A DNA stretch of 64,000 bases from Phoronis australis (GCA_002633005.1 NMRA01000182.1:475914-539913); one strand, 5' to 3'; counted from the first letter of the stretch, positions 39,504 to 54,634 are shown. Numbers and translations: made by a program. Notes: generated by a model not told the origin, from the letters alone.

Positions 39504-41894
39504 TCTACGTATCAGGGTCAGACCTGTTTTTAGTAAATCTAAAAAAACTCGAGAACAGTAGACTGGAGCGAGAAATGGCAACATATTCTTTGTAGCTCTT
39601 GACGAGATCTGTTCACATGCCAAATATCAGAAAGTTTCATCAAAACAGTAGAGATACGTCACGAGAAATCAATAAAAGAGCAGTCATCGGGAACTCTCGA
39701 ACAGTCTGTGAACAAAAAACTTGTTGCAAGAAATGGATGGGACATTTCAAACAGCCTGTGACAAGATTGATTTACATACTGAATTTTAGATGTTTATGGA
39801 AAAAAGTGGCTGTCAAATATCTCTAAAGAAGGGGTCAGTCGACAAGGAAGTGAGAACGGATCAGTCAATGAAAGAACAATTAGCAAAAAAACCTTGAGTA
39901 ACTCGGAAATGTCAAGTCGTAGCAAGAAACGGGTGACACGCTTTTGATAGTACTCCAGAAGATCAAGCAAATGTGCTTTGCAAAGAACGTGGGTACAAAA
40001 TGAATTTTGGAATCTGCCATAGTCATTTGATTTTATGTTGAGGTCTCTAAATATGAAAACAAAAAGGCTGGGCAGCCATTAAGCCAGGGAGTTGTATTTT
40101 GTAACTAACCATCATCACTTGTGAAAGTTCAATGGCATGGCGAAATGCAAACAGTGGGTTTGTTACTTGTGAATCAGGGCAAGCAAATTTCGGGAGAAGT
40201 GAGCATTCAGTTTAGGATGAGCATATATTACACTAACTTAAAACAGATGTTTAAAAAGTTAAAATTTTGAAATTGAGGGGAAAACCTTTAGCAAAACATT
40301 GGTGTTTACCTGAATACAGTGCAAGAGATTGCTGACACCTCTTGATTTGTAAAGTAAAAAATAAAGACATTGATTTTGTCAAATATTTTTTGTACAAAAA
40401 ATTAGGCCAAGAACATTAATTTGCCATACATCACTTGCAATTCTTTTTGAACCCTTATGTAATGAAAAGTCAAATAGACACTAATTGAAGAAATTTCCTA
40501 AGAATCTTTGATAACCGTGGCTGTCGGTGGGCCCACCGTTTTCTCTAGTTAATTTGTCTGTAATTTTTGTAGATTTAATATTCTTAAATTGATTTCTCCT
40601 TCCGTTGAGTATTCGTTTGTTAATTTTCTCATGTAACTCACATGCTCATTGAAACTTGCTATCCTCCAGAGAGCGAAATATGCAGTTGAGCTGACTGGTT
40701 CATAATTTTGTTTGAGGTGTACAGTTAATTGAATTTGCTCATACAGAGCTGCTAGTTCACATTGTTGTCCCTAGATGTCAGCGGTTTCCTTACACAAACC
40801 ATAGCCTGAGAGAGATACCACAAAATCCATAAGTGAATCATGTATGCATTAAATAGTATAGAAACGGTCACCATTTCCTTCTTATAAGTGATTTGATTAC
40901 CATTCAATGATGTTAACTGTAATGAAATATGCAATTGATTTGACATAAGTACAGTTATGAAAGTTAACTATGGAAATTAACGGAATTCAGAAGTTTCAAT
41001 TGTCCAAACTATCATAATACATGTCGAAATTAGGCTACAAACAAATCCCATCCCAATGGATGATCATTCATTTAATTCATTAAAAGGGTTCATTTCAAGT
41101 TGGTTTGTGAATTTCTGAAAGTATCACATGAAATTTTCTAAACATAGGTTTTTGCTTAAAGAAACTTAAAACCTGGAATTCCGCATGCCAACTACATTGT
41201 ATGCTGTATTGATGAAATATCACAATAATTTCCACATTCACCCTCTCCTTAATTTCAACTAATTTAACTTATGAAGACCTGTATTTCGCTTATACTCCCT
41301 CATTTTTGGAGTTAACCAGTTGAAACTATTTGACTATTAATGTTGCAAGTACCCTTGAAAAATGTCCAAATTCGGCCAACTTGGACTGTCATATCTCTAA
41401 TATGGCTGACTGGATTCATGAAGTACCTTCGTATTTTGTGCTTTATGCGCTGTTCTTTTAAACGTTAGGAATCGCTTTTCAACTGGTTCACTTTTGCATG
41501 ATGGGGTGTTAAAATGGTGCATTTTCATGATTTTTATGAAAAAAGAAGTTGCATTTAAGGAATATAAAATGATAAATTAGTAAAGTGTAACAACTTTTCT
41601 TTTGAGTTTTGATTTAGCTCAACCAAATTTTGGTCCTTTAATTGATACAGTTGTTTTGCTATGAGTGTACCTGTCTGTTTTCTAAATTTTACCAAATCTA
41701 CAACCCTAAGACAAATGAATTTAGTAAAAGTTAGGGACGTAAATTCTGGAATATGAGTTAGGTCTTGATATTAAACCTGTGTAGAAGAAAGGCAGGTTTG
41801 TTTTACTACAGCTTGTGAACAATAATGCAACCATGTGGAGCAAATCATTGAAACGGGCTGTTGAGTGGTTTGAATGGAAGAAAACTTGTGTTTC

Positions 41895-41970
41895 TGTGGT
41901 CAGTATGTGTGGTCAACTGGGCCAATGCGGTCCAGCCCTCTGTGGGGCTGTGGTCAAAGCATAGTAAACA
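41895..41970 (+). promoter_or_regulatory. Homotypic cluster of RUNX consensus sites (candidate enhancer)
   Basis: TGTGGTC (41895, 41908, 41949), TGCGGTC (41926), TGTGGG (41941), all in the same orientation, followed by Fox-type GTAAACA (41964). Confidence 0.55.
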
Positions 41971-43207
41971 AGGGGTGAAGATTGTAGTAACCAGAACAGT
42001 TGAGGTGAAAGCTGCAGAATGTGTTTTGAAAAATTGATTTGTTTGCCAATGACCAAGAGAATGAAAAGTGGGAATTATCTAATTGCAGTGCTGTTTTGTT
42101 TTGGCGATTTTTAATTTTGCTTTAACTTACGCAATATGAAAAATGGCTGGAGCTTCCACTTATTCAATACTTAACTCAAAAATTGGCAGAAAATAATGTG
42201 ATGGTATCTGTGTTACCTGGCTGAAAATTTTTTTGAAGTCATGAAAAAATGCATTCTAATTCTACCAGTTCATTGCGTAAAAACTTTTTTGTTTTTTAAC
42301 TCGAGACGACATCTTTTTCTAAATTGAAGCTAGTCCATATATCCATCCAGTACATTGTTAATTGTTGCTGCACTTATTGTCTGGTGCAATAATGACTGGC
42401 AGGCCAATTATTTACCACGGTTTATCATGGGTACCATAGAACCGAAACTCGATGCATTGTTTTTGGTTTATGTTTATCATATTTCTTTGGATAAAAATGA
42501 TCCTACAGTAGCTTTTTACGAGGAATTGAATTTCAGAAGCAAAGAAGTTTGAAAAATAAATTCATTTTAGCCAGTGTTTTATTGCTGTGTAGCCATCAGT
42601 AATCTGTTAATTGGTCTAGTCTATACAATAGGATGCGTTTCAGGTTAGGATTGTTTTGATAAATCATTCTGAAACTCAGGTAAGGCAATGCTGTGGCCTA
42701 ACTTCAAGTGAACAACTCAGGTCGCAGAAAGATATCCGTCTCACTATGAAAGTACATGATTTGGAATTTTGCTGTATTTTATAACTCCAATGTTTGCTGC
42801 TTACTAACTCTAGGCTCCTCAGTGGACCCACCTTCCAAAATTCTAGGTCAAGAGGCATTACTCCTATGCTAACATTTGGGGTTTTGTTACCCCAATGCTA
42901 CAGTGAGCTTAAGCCAGACTCTGACTAACCCGTCTTCATCAATTAATGCTACTTTCTGTTATAATGCATTAATTTTAACAATTCGAAGATGGATAACATT
43001 TACTTTTTAATTTTAAAAACAGTCATGTTAGTTGTTTGTCTCACTTATTGTTTTTTTCTGACTTTGAAATTAGTATACCAAACATGCTTGTTTGTTTACA
43101 ACGGCTATTATCTCCACCAATACACATTTGTCCAAGTCCATGAACAGAGACTGGCTCACTTCAGTAGCTTCAGTCTGTGACCAAGCCTTTAGTCCCATCC
43201 ACACACA

Positions 43208-43543
43208 ACGTACCCTGGAACAACTTGTACCAGTGCAACTTACTCCACTTTTAAGTGGAGGGTTCACACACACACACATCCAATAACTATGGTAAGGCGG
43301 AAGTTCTCTGCGTGACGATGAACACCTATTGCGAGAACGGCGCGCAAAAGAAAACCCGTCTTTATGTAACCGCAGCTGATATTTACTTTCGCCCTACCCC
43401 ACTTTTATGGCCACACAGCAATTATAAGTGGTGCAAGTTACCCTAGAACAAGTTAACTCACCTCGATAATGTGAAGTAAGTTGTCTCTTAGTTTAAATTG
43501 CATCCAGACACTTAATCCAGGAGTAACTTGTTCTAGGGTACGT
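43208..43543. mobile_element. MITE (about 335 bp) with about 19-bp TIRs and an internal (CA)n
   Basis: acgtaccctggaacaactt / aacttgttctagggtacgt inverted termini (2 mismatches). Internal sequence is homologous to 35515-35803. Confidence 0.75.
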
Positions 43544-46500
43544 CTGTGCACTTTTGATGTACCAAAGAATTTTCTGGATACTCTGGGGTAAACAGTGCAC
43601 ACATTCTCATCCATTTGCGTGCAAATCCTGTTAGTGTAAAATCTGCCTAATGTTCCATTTCAATTTATAAAGACGGAGTTCATGAAAACACTGAGTTGAA
43701 AGATAGTATTAATCCATACATGGAACAATAAAAAATGTTTATTGGAGAAAATAATGCTAATATGATGGTGCTTTTGTCAAGAAATGATGCAGATGATTGT
43801 TACCAATGGTAATTTCTTAAAATTGATCACAAATTACGCCAAGGTGTTGCATCCATGATATAATCAAGACACAGCTTTTTGACTTGAGACAGTATTTCAA
43901 GCGATCTCAAAATGGAGTCTTGGATAATATCTGATTGAATTAAAACCAGACAGGAAGTGCCTGGTAATTTGCATTGCCTCGTTGTGGAGTTTAACATGAA
44001 TCCCTTTGTTGTATCGACTCTTGCATTTGCTGCAGCCAGTTCAGTCGGTGCTATAGTTTCAAACTTATCAACACGACTTGTTTTTCTCCGGGTGACTCGC
44101 CCCTTCAGACACCGTGACTCCGCCTTTCACTCCGCGGATGATACCCTAGGTTGTAAACAATTAACAAAAATTATCAGTTTCTGGAAAACAGATATCTCAC
44201 TTTTCTTGCTATTTGTCCCCAGCTAATGAATCACCAATTAACCTATTGAGCAGTGTTTATATGTCTGAGCTTATTATAAATCTATTATGTATGTCAAGAT
44301 GGGAGCCGTCTGCCTCTGGTGGTTAACCAGAAATGCCAGCTATTTTTGCTAACTTCCTATTTGTTAACACGGCAAGCTATTTTCCATCCTGCTGTTCTGC
44401 AAATATTTCGCTTTTGCGTTAGCTTTCAATTGAACCACTTGGTATACCTGAGTTTATTGTTTCTGAGTTTTGCTTGTTTGTGTTTAACAGAAATCGCTTG
44501 TTGCAGATGCAGTTTTCAAGTTTAGATCACATCAAAGCTGCTGGTTTTGATTTCAACCAGCCTTCCTTTGTCACCAGGATTGACACCTTGTGGCTACATT
44601 GCAAACTAACCTCCCTTGTGCTGAAAGTTGTACTTACTGCTGTAAGAGCTATCAGTGTTAAACACTTGTAATCCATGTATGTTTATTACATTGCACTCAT
44701 GTCAGGCTTTTTTGTACTAAGCTCTGATGTATCTAGGTTATGACATTGATGTTAGACAGCAAAACACTTAACAATTCAGTGAGGACTGTAAACAAGTTTT
44801 GTGTTAATCTCATTATAATACAGCCTTGGGTGCTATTTGTACTGCAAGGCATTGTGGGCTTACAGTAAAAAATTTCCCAGTGTGGGACAGTTTCTAATAT
44901 TTAGAACACTGAAATTCAAACTGAATTTGAATTTTCTCGATTCTGAAGATTGGGACTTGGGTCATTTTGGCATATATGTCGTTTTGTATTACCAGAGCGT
45001 CAAAATAGCTAGACAGTTCATAAAATTGTCAAAAGTAGGCGCCGATGCAACATAGTGCACAACATCGAGGTTAATGATGAACCTTTAATTGTTATTCTTG
45101 AATTTGAACAGCGAATATTGACTGTTTCTAAAATTTGGTGCATGCTGTGGCCTTGACCAAAATAGTAAATTTCATTGTCCCAAACTAGAGAATTTTTACC
45201 ATAATTTTTGCCTAATGAATGAAGTGTCCAATGAATGAGCAGATCCAACTGAAGATAAAGTTTCTTAGTTTTGCACAATTACCGTTGACATTTTGTATTT
45301 CAAAAACCATGCTTTCAACAAGACAAAACCTTAATATTTATTTTTGTTTGAAATTTGACAAGCGTGATAAACATTCTCTTTTTTGCCACATTGTGTCATA
45401 AACTTAAAAATCTTTAATGCAGGTTTAGTTCCTGCTCATGTAGCTAGGGGGTGCTAGTGTGACTGAATTTGCTTTGACAACTGTGCTGTGCCCTGAGTAG
45501 CTGAGATGTTCAAATTGTCTCCAGGCAAGACTCCTGGAAGACCTGTAGAACCTATTAGGGTCATTGGATAGTCACATTGTAATCTATGTCTTCATTTTAA
45601 AATAAACTATAAAACTTAGTACTGGTAAATGAGTTGTTACAGTACATCCCAAAATTTCAAATTTGTTTTAACCAGTTTACGCATTTTTTGCCAATTGGAA
45701 ATCAGGGTGTCTGTGTAGCCCCATTCTGCTTAGACATGGTAGTATCAATATTGTGCAAACTAGAATCACTCTGTAACCCAACAACAATGGTGCAAAACCA
45801 CAAACTGCTATAGCAAATGGCAGGCATCCATCCTGTGACCTCCCCTTGAACCCTCAAATATTGCCTGCAGAGGTGATATGGTTCTAACTATGAGTTAACT
45901 TAATGCAAACAGAGGTTGTTACTTGTCTGTGAGTGCATGCCTGTTGATAATATTGACCCAAGTGGGTGGGCAAGCACTGAATGTCTGATACTGAAAAGAG
46001 ATTATAATATTGGATTAATAAAGTTATGTGGGACGTTTTCTACTAGTCTGTGCATTCAGTTAAACATCTTCAGATTTTGTTGCAAATGAACTTATTAAAA
46101 CTGCTTATTTTCTGAAAGTAGAAAGCTTGTAGAATTTCATTTTTTACTTAATACCATTCTGCCATTGATTGAGCATCTTGACCACCACATCTGCTAGCAA
46201 AGTTGATCAAAAAGGAAAAGTACATTCATAGCAAAAGAATGGCACCAAGAACATGACCAATTTTTGTTTTGATGTAACTTCAAGGGGAAATCTCAATTTT
46301 AAAAACATTTCCACGAAACTGCAGTTTGAAGAACACTGCATTTTGGAGAACAATGCATAAAGTATAGTATCTTAAAATTTTAGTTGTTCTGAAGTTTGGT
46401 ATTTGAGCATTTTTGTGGAATCCTGCATTACGTACCTTAAATAGTATTGTGTGTGAAAACAAGGCAGCACAGATTGGCATGTTCTTGGCTATATTGAATT

Positions 46501-49500
46501 GAAGCTGCTATAAACATACATTTTGCCAAGAAACAAACTTTTTGATTTAAATGATTTATTAATGTTAACACTGGTCTTAACTTTTCCTACTTGGTTTAGA
46601 AGCGATGTTTGTGCTTCTGGAATAATTGACTGTTGATGGTTGCAAAATATCCTGCTCAGTGCAAAACTGAAACATCACCATGACAAAGGAACGTGTTGAG
46701 CCAGGTGTCCAGGAGTATCAAACTATCACTGAAAGCGGTTAAGTCTAACTAAGTTTGGACAAAATTATTGGTCTTTTTTAATTTTTGCAGAGACTTGGAA
46801 TGTTGTTCGGTGTGCCCACAATGTTTTAGAATCATTGTCTGATAGTTGTTGTAGTACAAATGATTTAGCATTACTTTCATGCCGTTCATCTATGATGAAA
46901 AAAGGAAAAAAGAATTCACTTGTTGGCTATGTTTAGTCCTAAACTAGTGAAACCAGATTTATTATAAAAGTTAGTGGTGAAGATCAAATAAAGATGTTTT
47001 CACTGTCGGGTTCGTAGCAGCTTTGAAATTTTGTCTTTAAATAGGGTTAGGACACAATGTGGCTAACAATTGAAATTTCGCTTTGTCATTTTTTCCGTGA
47101 AACGCATTTAACACCAACTTAAGTGATTTTCCGTGTTCAAGTCTTACATCGCAGCTGTAATCAAACAAACTTTTTAAAAATGTGGGAAGTCATAACAGTG
47201 TTAGAATCCTTTCAATGAAGAAAAGGGTATTTTCGGCAATTATTTTTAACTGAATTTGGTAAAATTTTACGGTGAATAGAGTCAATACCATGCCTTTTCA
47301 TGCAAAAACTAGAATCATTTTGATTGCCTTTTGTGGCACTTGTGCTGTTGAATACACCTGTTTTGAGGCAATTTGTTTCCTTGTATGGATCACCACAAAT
47401 GTATGGTCAGTTTTTATGGATAATTAAGCATAAACAAAAATGAAAACTCTATGCTAGTGGTTATAACAAAGGAAGTAAGTGTAGGAAGAATAGACAGCAT
47501 TTTTATAAATACATGCCATGCAAGGTGTGCTGTATCAACTCTCGGAATTTTTAAACCATTGAAAAACTTGATTTGTTCGCACTGTCAATTTTTGTCCATG
47601 TTTTGTTCAATAAACACGTCATTTCTTTTTAATGTTCTTGTGAGTGACTATGAATTTTAATTTCCCGTTGCTTTTGTTGGTTGAAAATAGTTTCTGGCTG
47701 CAAAGCAATCCCATGTGCTGGGTTTTAAAGGTAATTGATTTTCTTCTATTCAGTGAAGTTGGTTAAAGCAATTAAAGTTTTCTTATATTAAATCTAATGG
47801 TGACTTAATTGAATTATACATAGCAACAGTCTTAAAGATGGGAGAGATAGCGTTTGTCTTAAACATATCAAGGATTTTATGTTTTATATTCATTAAACCT
47901 TATCTTTTCACATTTTTTCATTTGGTTGCGTTCAGTTAGGTTTGGTTAATGGACTAATAAGATGCAAAGCTGATTTTTGTAACTGACTGGTGAACTGCAA
48001 AACTGTTTGCAATCCATAAGTAGGTTAAACTGCTACCTCTTAACAGATATCAAATTTCAAATGAGCAGGAAGAAGTTCTTTCATTTGTATTTTGAATTTT
48101 TGTATGTTTCAAACCACTGCAAAACCTTTGTGCTGGGGAAGCTTTTCAGCCAACATTTTCTTTCCATCTCATCTCTGCATTTGGTTTCTAAGTTAAACGC
48201 ATTTCATTCGTTATTAACATGCCATATTATATGGTATTAAACTTATTTCAAACTAAGTTGGGCTTGCCAAATAATCTTTTTTGTTTACAATTTTTCATCT
48301 ACACTTTTGCATTGACTTGGTGAAAAGTGGTGTATGCGTAATCATTGAAGTCCAGCTCTACTGTTATTTGCTCTACAAAAACTAGGTGTGGCTATTTGTT
48401 GAACAGTTACACATGCATGTTTCTACACAGCTCTTTGGCTTTGTTCTTAAAGGAATGCTATGCATCTGTGATTCTTAACCATAACCTACACTTTTCATCT
48501 ACTGAGATCGGCCTTTCTGGAAAGAACAACTAAATGTGAGAGTTTGTCTAGTTAAGTTATTCATTATTTTATTCATTTGAAAAGCTTTATCACGACAGTT
48601 ATCATATAGAACAGTAATTTGGCTATTTTAGAGCAACATTGTAATTGTAGAGTAACTTTTGTATTTGAGAGCTGATTAAAATCTAACTTTTATTTCATAA
48701 GGGTAAACTTAGCTTACCTGCTCTTAAAAACAATTTCAGATCAGCTCTGTCGACAATAACCAATGTGAGCTGTCACCTTGAAAAAAGCATGTGCTACAAC
48801 TGCTCTGAAAAAGTTCCTTTTTTCTATTGGAATTCAAGTCCTTTGTTGTGTGGAGAAAGAAGTTTAGTTGCTCAGTGGGACACCATTATCTGAATACTTT
48901 GCTTTGAAAACTTAGGCTGTGGAATGAAAGAAATTAGATCGTGGCATTTTTCACTTTTAAGGTTCATGTGCCAACATTTTTGGTAGAAATGTGTTAAGAA
49001 GACTTAACTCTTGAGAAAATGTCAATTGAATTCTAATTAGGCTTAAAATGTTCTGTGCAGCATTCATTTATAAGTATTTAAGAACAAAAACTTCTCTGCA
49101 AAAGGAGGATGCGCAACAGCTAAATTAATAAATTCTACAATTTATGCATTTTTTTAGAAAAAGTTTCTTCAAAGTGCTTTTGTCAAATGATCTGTGAACA
49201 TTTTGAGGATTTTCAGTAACAATGAAAAGTTTTGAAAACTTCTAGAAGAAAGGATTCGAGTGAAAAAAATCCAGAGACAGCTTGTCATTGCTGGGCTTCA
49301 CTTAATTGTTTCCTAAAATAGAAAAAGTAACAGATTTTCTCTGCAAGAAACCTTGTCTAGAACAAAAACTTCATTCATAAAATGCTGAAAAACTTGGAGG
49401 ACAACTGGAAATTAAAGACTGCTCGCAGAGATCTGAGCATCAGCAGATTTCTTCCCGTTGTGAGGTGCGTTGACGAAAGAATGACAAATTGAATCGGGAA

Positions 49501-52500
49501 CAATCGGTAATGACGAGACAAAGAAATTAATATTTAAATTGGAGAAGATCAGCTGATATTTTTCCTTGTCGATAAAGCTGGGTTGTATCTCTCCACTGCT
49601 GGGTTGGTGTGTGCTTGTTGGTAGCAAGCTGTTGAGTTCAAACTCAGGCATCTGCTGTGTTTCCTCATGCAATTTTGCATTTGCTGCATTTCTGTTGGGG
49701 TATTCCAAAGGTTCTGTGGACGTTCTCGTCAGAAAACTTGAAATATTTTATATCTATCACTACTAAAACTGCATACGTAAGTGCATTTTAAGTAACCATA
49801 CCTTCCCGTTACACTGCAATGCTAAACATATACGTTTGGAAGCTGTCCTCTGTTTTTTAAAAGCTCGAAATTCTGCCATTTTCTTGTCCAGAAAGTTAAA
49901 AGTGCACCAAAATTGCTAGTGGTAAATTCAGTTTTTCCAGTTTTCCCTTGGTTTCTGATGCATTTCTAACTAATTACCTGGTGTCTGCTGTAACACTTTT
50001 TGTGGTTTTGGAAAGAACTTCATGAATTTCTCATGGATTTCTGCAACTGTTGCACATTTTGGAAATTTTTTGACATTGCTTAAACTTTATAGAAAATAGT
50101 TCTAAGTGCTTAGTCGGTTGTCAATGTTGCACACTTTAAAAGAAATCAAGTGGAAACAATGTAAGCAGCCGTTATTGTGGACTGTTATCAGATAGTATAC
50201 GGAAAGCACAGTTGGAATGACGAAATTCTCTCAAATTGATGATTGTATTGAAATACACTGCTTCATTATTTTGGCAAATTGTAGTCTTTTTCCTTGATTA
50301 ATCCGGTGTTGATTGAAACTAAGACTACAGGATGTAAACTTAATCCTTTTAGTGGTGATTATCTCATCAGTGGATAGACTGTCACTTTTGCTAGTCTGTG
50401 GTTTCCCTAAAGAAGGCAATACTTCTCAAGTGTCATTTTTCACTAAATTATGTTTCCTGTACATTGACTAGCTCACACACTATGTGTTGGTGATACTGCG
50501 TGCTGTACAATTTTTAATTATCTTTCATCAAACATAATCGCCAAAGTTAATTGTTTTTGCACCAGATTGTTTTCCACCCGACTTCCCGCCTGATGATCTT
50601 AACATGATTTTGTCATGTTTTTAATTGCGATGTTGCTAAGCAGTTCATAATCGCATAAAACAAGTATCAAGTGTTCAAATCTTCAATGCACAAAACCTGA
50701 ATAGTGTATCCTAATCGCTTTATCCTTGCAAATGACAATGCCCGATGCAAAGTTTATCCAAATATTATGGTTGCTGATATCAAAACAATATGCGATTAAA
50801 ATTCTTCAATGTTGGATAAACATAATTGTTAATTAGATGTTGTCAGTTTTGTATTATTCAAGATCTAAACACATAACTGAACCACATGGTATTTCCCGAC
50901 AGCGCTGTGTACTATAAGCTACGCTAAAAGCAGAGTAAAAATGTCTTAGTTATTTTGGTTGAGAAATTTGACAAAATAAAATTGTTTAAAACATGTCCGC
51001 CACATTGTGTCCTAAGCTTATCAGAACTACAGTCATTAATATATAACAATAACGATAATTATTATTACTTAACTATTCTCCGAAACTACTGTAAGTATAG
51101 CGTCTCATCACATCTGAATAGATGAAACCAAAGAATTCTGTAATATACAAGGCAGACTTCTTACCTTAAGTGTTAAGGATGGTGACACTACTTAATGCAG
51201 CATGATTGTGTCAGATATCACTGCTCATAACACTATGACTTAAATACATATCTTACCTGTTGTTGGCACGCTGCCACGCACAAGTTCAACAAATAAAATT
51301 TCCTGTTGTATCTACTCAGATTCTCAAAACGTATTTCTCTTTAGCCTGAATACATATTCAGTTGAGAAAAAACCTGATTACAACAGAATTAAATTTATGG
51401 TGAAGGCCCATCTCGTCTTTCGTTTTCTCTAATGTCAGTGGTACTGATTGCCACCAAGACTTCTATTTACACAGTCAAAGGGTTTTGGCTATGCGTTGCC
51501 AACTTGGCACTTTTTCATTTCTGCTGTGAAAAAATGGCGGATGCAGCTCTTGGCTCTCAATAACCATGCTGGAAACGCCCCCAAACTATAGTTACAGCCA
51601 ATTTTGGCAAAATGACAACAAGGGTCAGCTAGCGGTTGTTTACACCGTGTTCTGGACTTTGAGTTTGTTAGTCACACAAAAATCTTGGCTCACAACTGTG
51701 TTGTAAGAATGCAGCTGGTATTTTTTTCTTAAGTTAATTATTAAAAAAATCAAATAATTGCCTTACCTTGATTCGAAGCCAACGTTGTCTGGCTGTGTGT
51801 AATGTATTGTTGGTGAGAAGACAAAGCTGTGGCTGTGGGTTAAAATTTCCTTTCTCTACCGAAGCATGGCAAAATGTGGATGAATGAAGTAATTGCTGTC
51901 TTCTGGTGGAGGGAGGGAAAGGCACATTCAAACAGACCAATAACTTTCTAGCCATGATGTGTTGTCTCCTTTGTCAGGATTGGTTGTAATTCTTCTTGCT
52001 AGCACAGTGTTGGAGTCTCTAGTGTTTTAAAGCTGCTGATTGGTCAATATCTCAATACTCTGAAGATGTGGTTTTTTGTCCACAAATTATGGCATGTTAT
52101 CTAACTAGGTTTCAGACTTGTGTGCACTGACATTGTTCCCTTAATTTTGAGGTTTTCCAACCCAATCTGTCATTGGGTGATTTCGTGGTTTGCACTGGTT
52201 CAACTACCAGACAGAATTTAATAAGTGAGGGATATTGGTTTTGTTTGTGTGTTCAATGTCCACACTAATCATTTTAACCAATGTGGACCAATACAATAAC
52301 CACATGGTTTAGATATATACAAATCTTGATCCACACTATTACTACAGTTTGCTATGCAGAGAGTTTCAGAATGTATTTATGCAGTCAGGTGTGATGTCGT
52401 GATATCTGTTCTAAGATAAGGTGCCTATGTCACTAATATATGCATTGGCTACACAGAAAATCCCCTTGAGGGCTAAACATCTTTTGATATCTCATATCTT

Positions 52501-54634
52501 TTATTAATAAATTTTTAAACCTTGTCCTTTTAAATTTTCAAATGGAGATATAGTGATTTTAAAATTCCAACTTCTCAAGCCGAATAGGCAGTGAGACCAT
52601 GCTAAAAGTAAAAAGAACCAGAATTCACACTATATGTACACCACTCAGTTGTTATTTAACATTATTATCTTTTCAGTCCTTGTTGTCAGAGTAGTATGAT
52701 TTTTATGTGGCTTCTGAATTCGTGACGTTTTGTATAGCTTAGCTTGCAAGATTTCCATGTGTATTTTGTCAAATCAGGATAACTTAACAACATGGCTCCC
52801 ACAGTCTAGAAAATGGCTGATGGACCTTATACACGAATAAACATGGCTCATAAACACTTCGGTGAGTTATAAGCAGGAGTGTTGGTCTTGTCAGAGAATT
52901 AGCAGTGTTTTGGGTGTGTAAGACATGTTTTAAGAATGGAGGACGGTGTTTTTGAGTCAGTGAGCTGAATTTACAAGTTTGTAAGTGGTGTTCATGAGTG
53001 TGTTAGCCTTGCTGTTCACTCAGGTAGCCTGTAGGTGCTCCAAGCTTATGTCCTTGACCTTTTGCTTGATCTACCATGGTTTTACCACACTGGCTATGTC
53101 CACCAACTTCAACCATCAAAACATACCTTAACATCAAGGAAGGAAAGCTTTTAGTAAATTCAGATTGGTTCACTCCCATTGAGTTGTCAACTGCACGCTG
53201 CACTATGCAGGACACTCCCTCTTGCGGCCTGGCAATAAACCAAGTTTGAGTGTTTACTGGTTCAACCTGTCTCAAATTTCTTCTCTTGTTCTGTCATTCA
53301 AGAGCCAGAGAATGTGCTGTACTTATTGACTGTAACTGCACACCTATAACTAAACATAGTGATCCAAACCTGACGCTCAACTTGTAATCATAGAATGGTG
53401 AAAAACAACAGTTTTGATTGCGTTCTGCATCGTGGACTTTGTTCTGAATGGGTCATAGGGAAGATGGTGTACATTACAAGAATTTTCAATGTTTTGGATT
53501 TTGTGGTTGATCAATCAAATTAAATGGAGTAAAAATTCGGAGGATTTTTACAAATTACCGCTTGTGAACATGGTCTTTAGTGGAAATGGTATTAATTTTT
53601 CCCTGAATTCATTTTTTTAGTTGAAAAGAAGCTGAACTACTGCTTTACTATAATTCTGAAGACCAACTGGATAACAAGTGAGCTTCTTTACAAGTGATTT
53701 GTGAGCAGATCAGTTCTCTTTGTTGATTTTCGTCTTCATATTCATGACATACAGTAGATGTGAACATGTTCATGTTCATGTTCATGCATTACTTGATGAT
53801 GGACAGGAATGAATGCAACAGTTAGAAGTCACAACAAACTGGTGGTGCCAGAAGTGACTAACAATTCAACTATGACTAATTAAGACATTAGATATATCTC
53901 AATGCCTGTGTCAGAGTTAGTCATACTAGGCCAACATTTTTGGTGAAATTTAAAAATAGCCTGTGTTAAAGAGGAAATGTGAGGGCTACTGGAAAGTTTG
54001 CAAAACAGCTGAAAAAGATTTCTGTGAAACCATAATGCATTTGTAATGGAGACTGATCATTTCCTCATACCAACGAAGCGTGACAGTCTTATCATTTCTG
54101 TAACATCAGCATTCTCAATACTGAAGTGAAATGTCACTTCAGGCAACTGCAGATGAAATACAAGCGCATACTGGTAAATAAAACAGAAACCAATAATCAT
54201 AAAAGTAATTTTAAATGTTGAGTCTTACTGACATCTGACACAAAACGTAGGCCTTACACTGTAAACTTATCATCTCCCATTATTGGCTCGTAGGAACGAA
54301 TCAAATTGACGCACGCACGCAGCACATATAACTATCAAAAGGTTGCAGTGAACTGATAGCATCCTGTTTTTCCTACAGTTGTTCTTAGTATTGTCATCAG
54401 TGTCAATTCTGATTTGAAATTACATTCCAATGATTGTATTAGTCTGTAATACACAACATGTTACATCACACTCTGAACTGTGGCTTAGTGGCACTGTTAT
54501 GTGCCATTCAAATAACTGGGGACATGTGACTCTTGAGGTCTTTGTTGTGTTATTGGTGGCATTACTTGTTTCTCATAATTTGGTATTTCCTAATCTGGCC
54601 ATCATTTTTTACCAGTTATGTTCGTCCTTTTAGA

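Noticed and set aside
52779-52867. Plus-strand exon-like segment (MADGPYTRINMAHKHF, donor G|gtgagt)
   Set aside because: No SPT3 or other recognisable similarity, and it does not continue the Supt3h frame; cannot be supported without RNA data.
54121-54142. 9-bp stem hairpin ctgaagtga-aatg-tcacttcag
   Set aside because: Isolated short hairpin with no supporting context.
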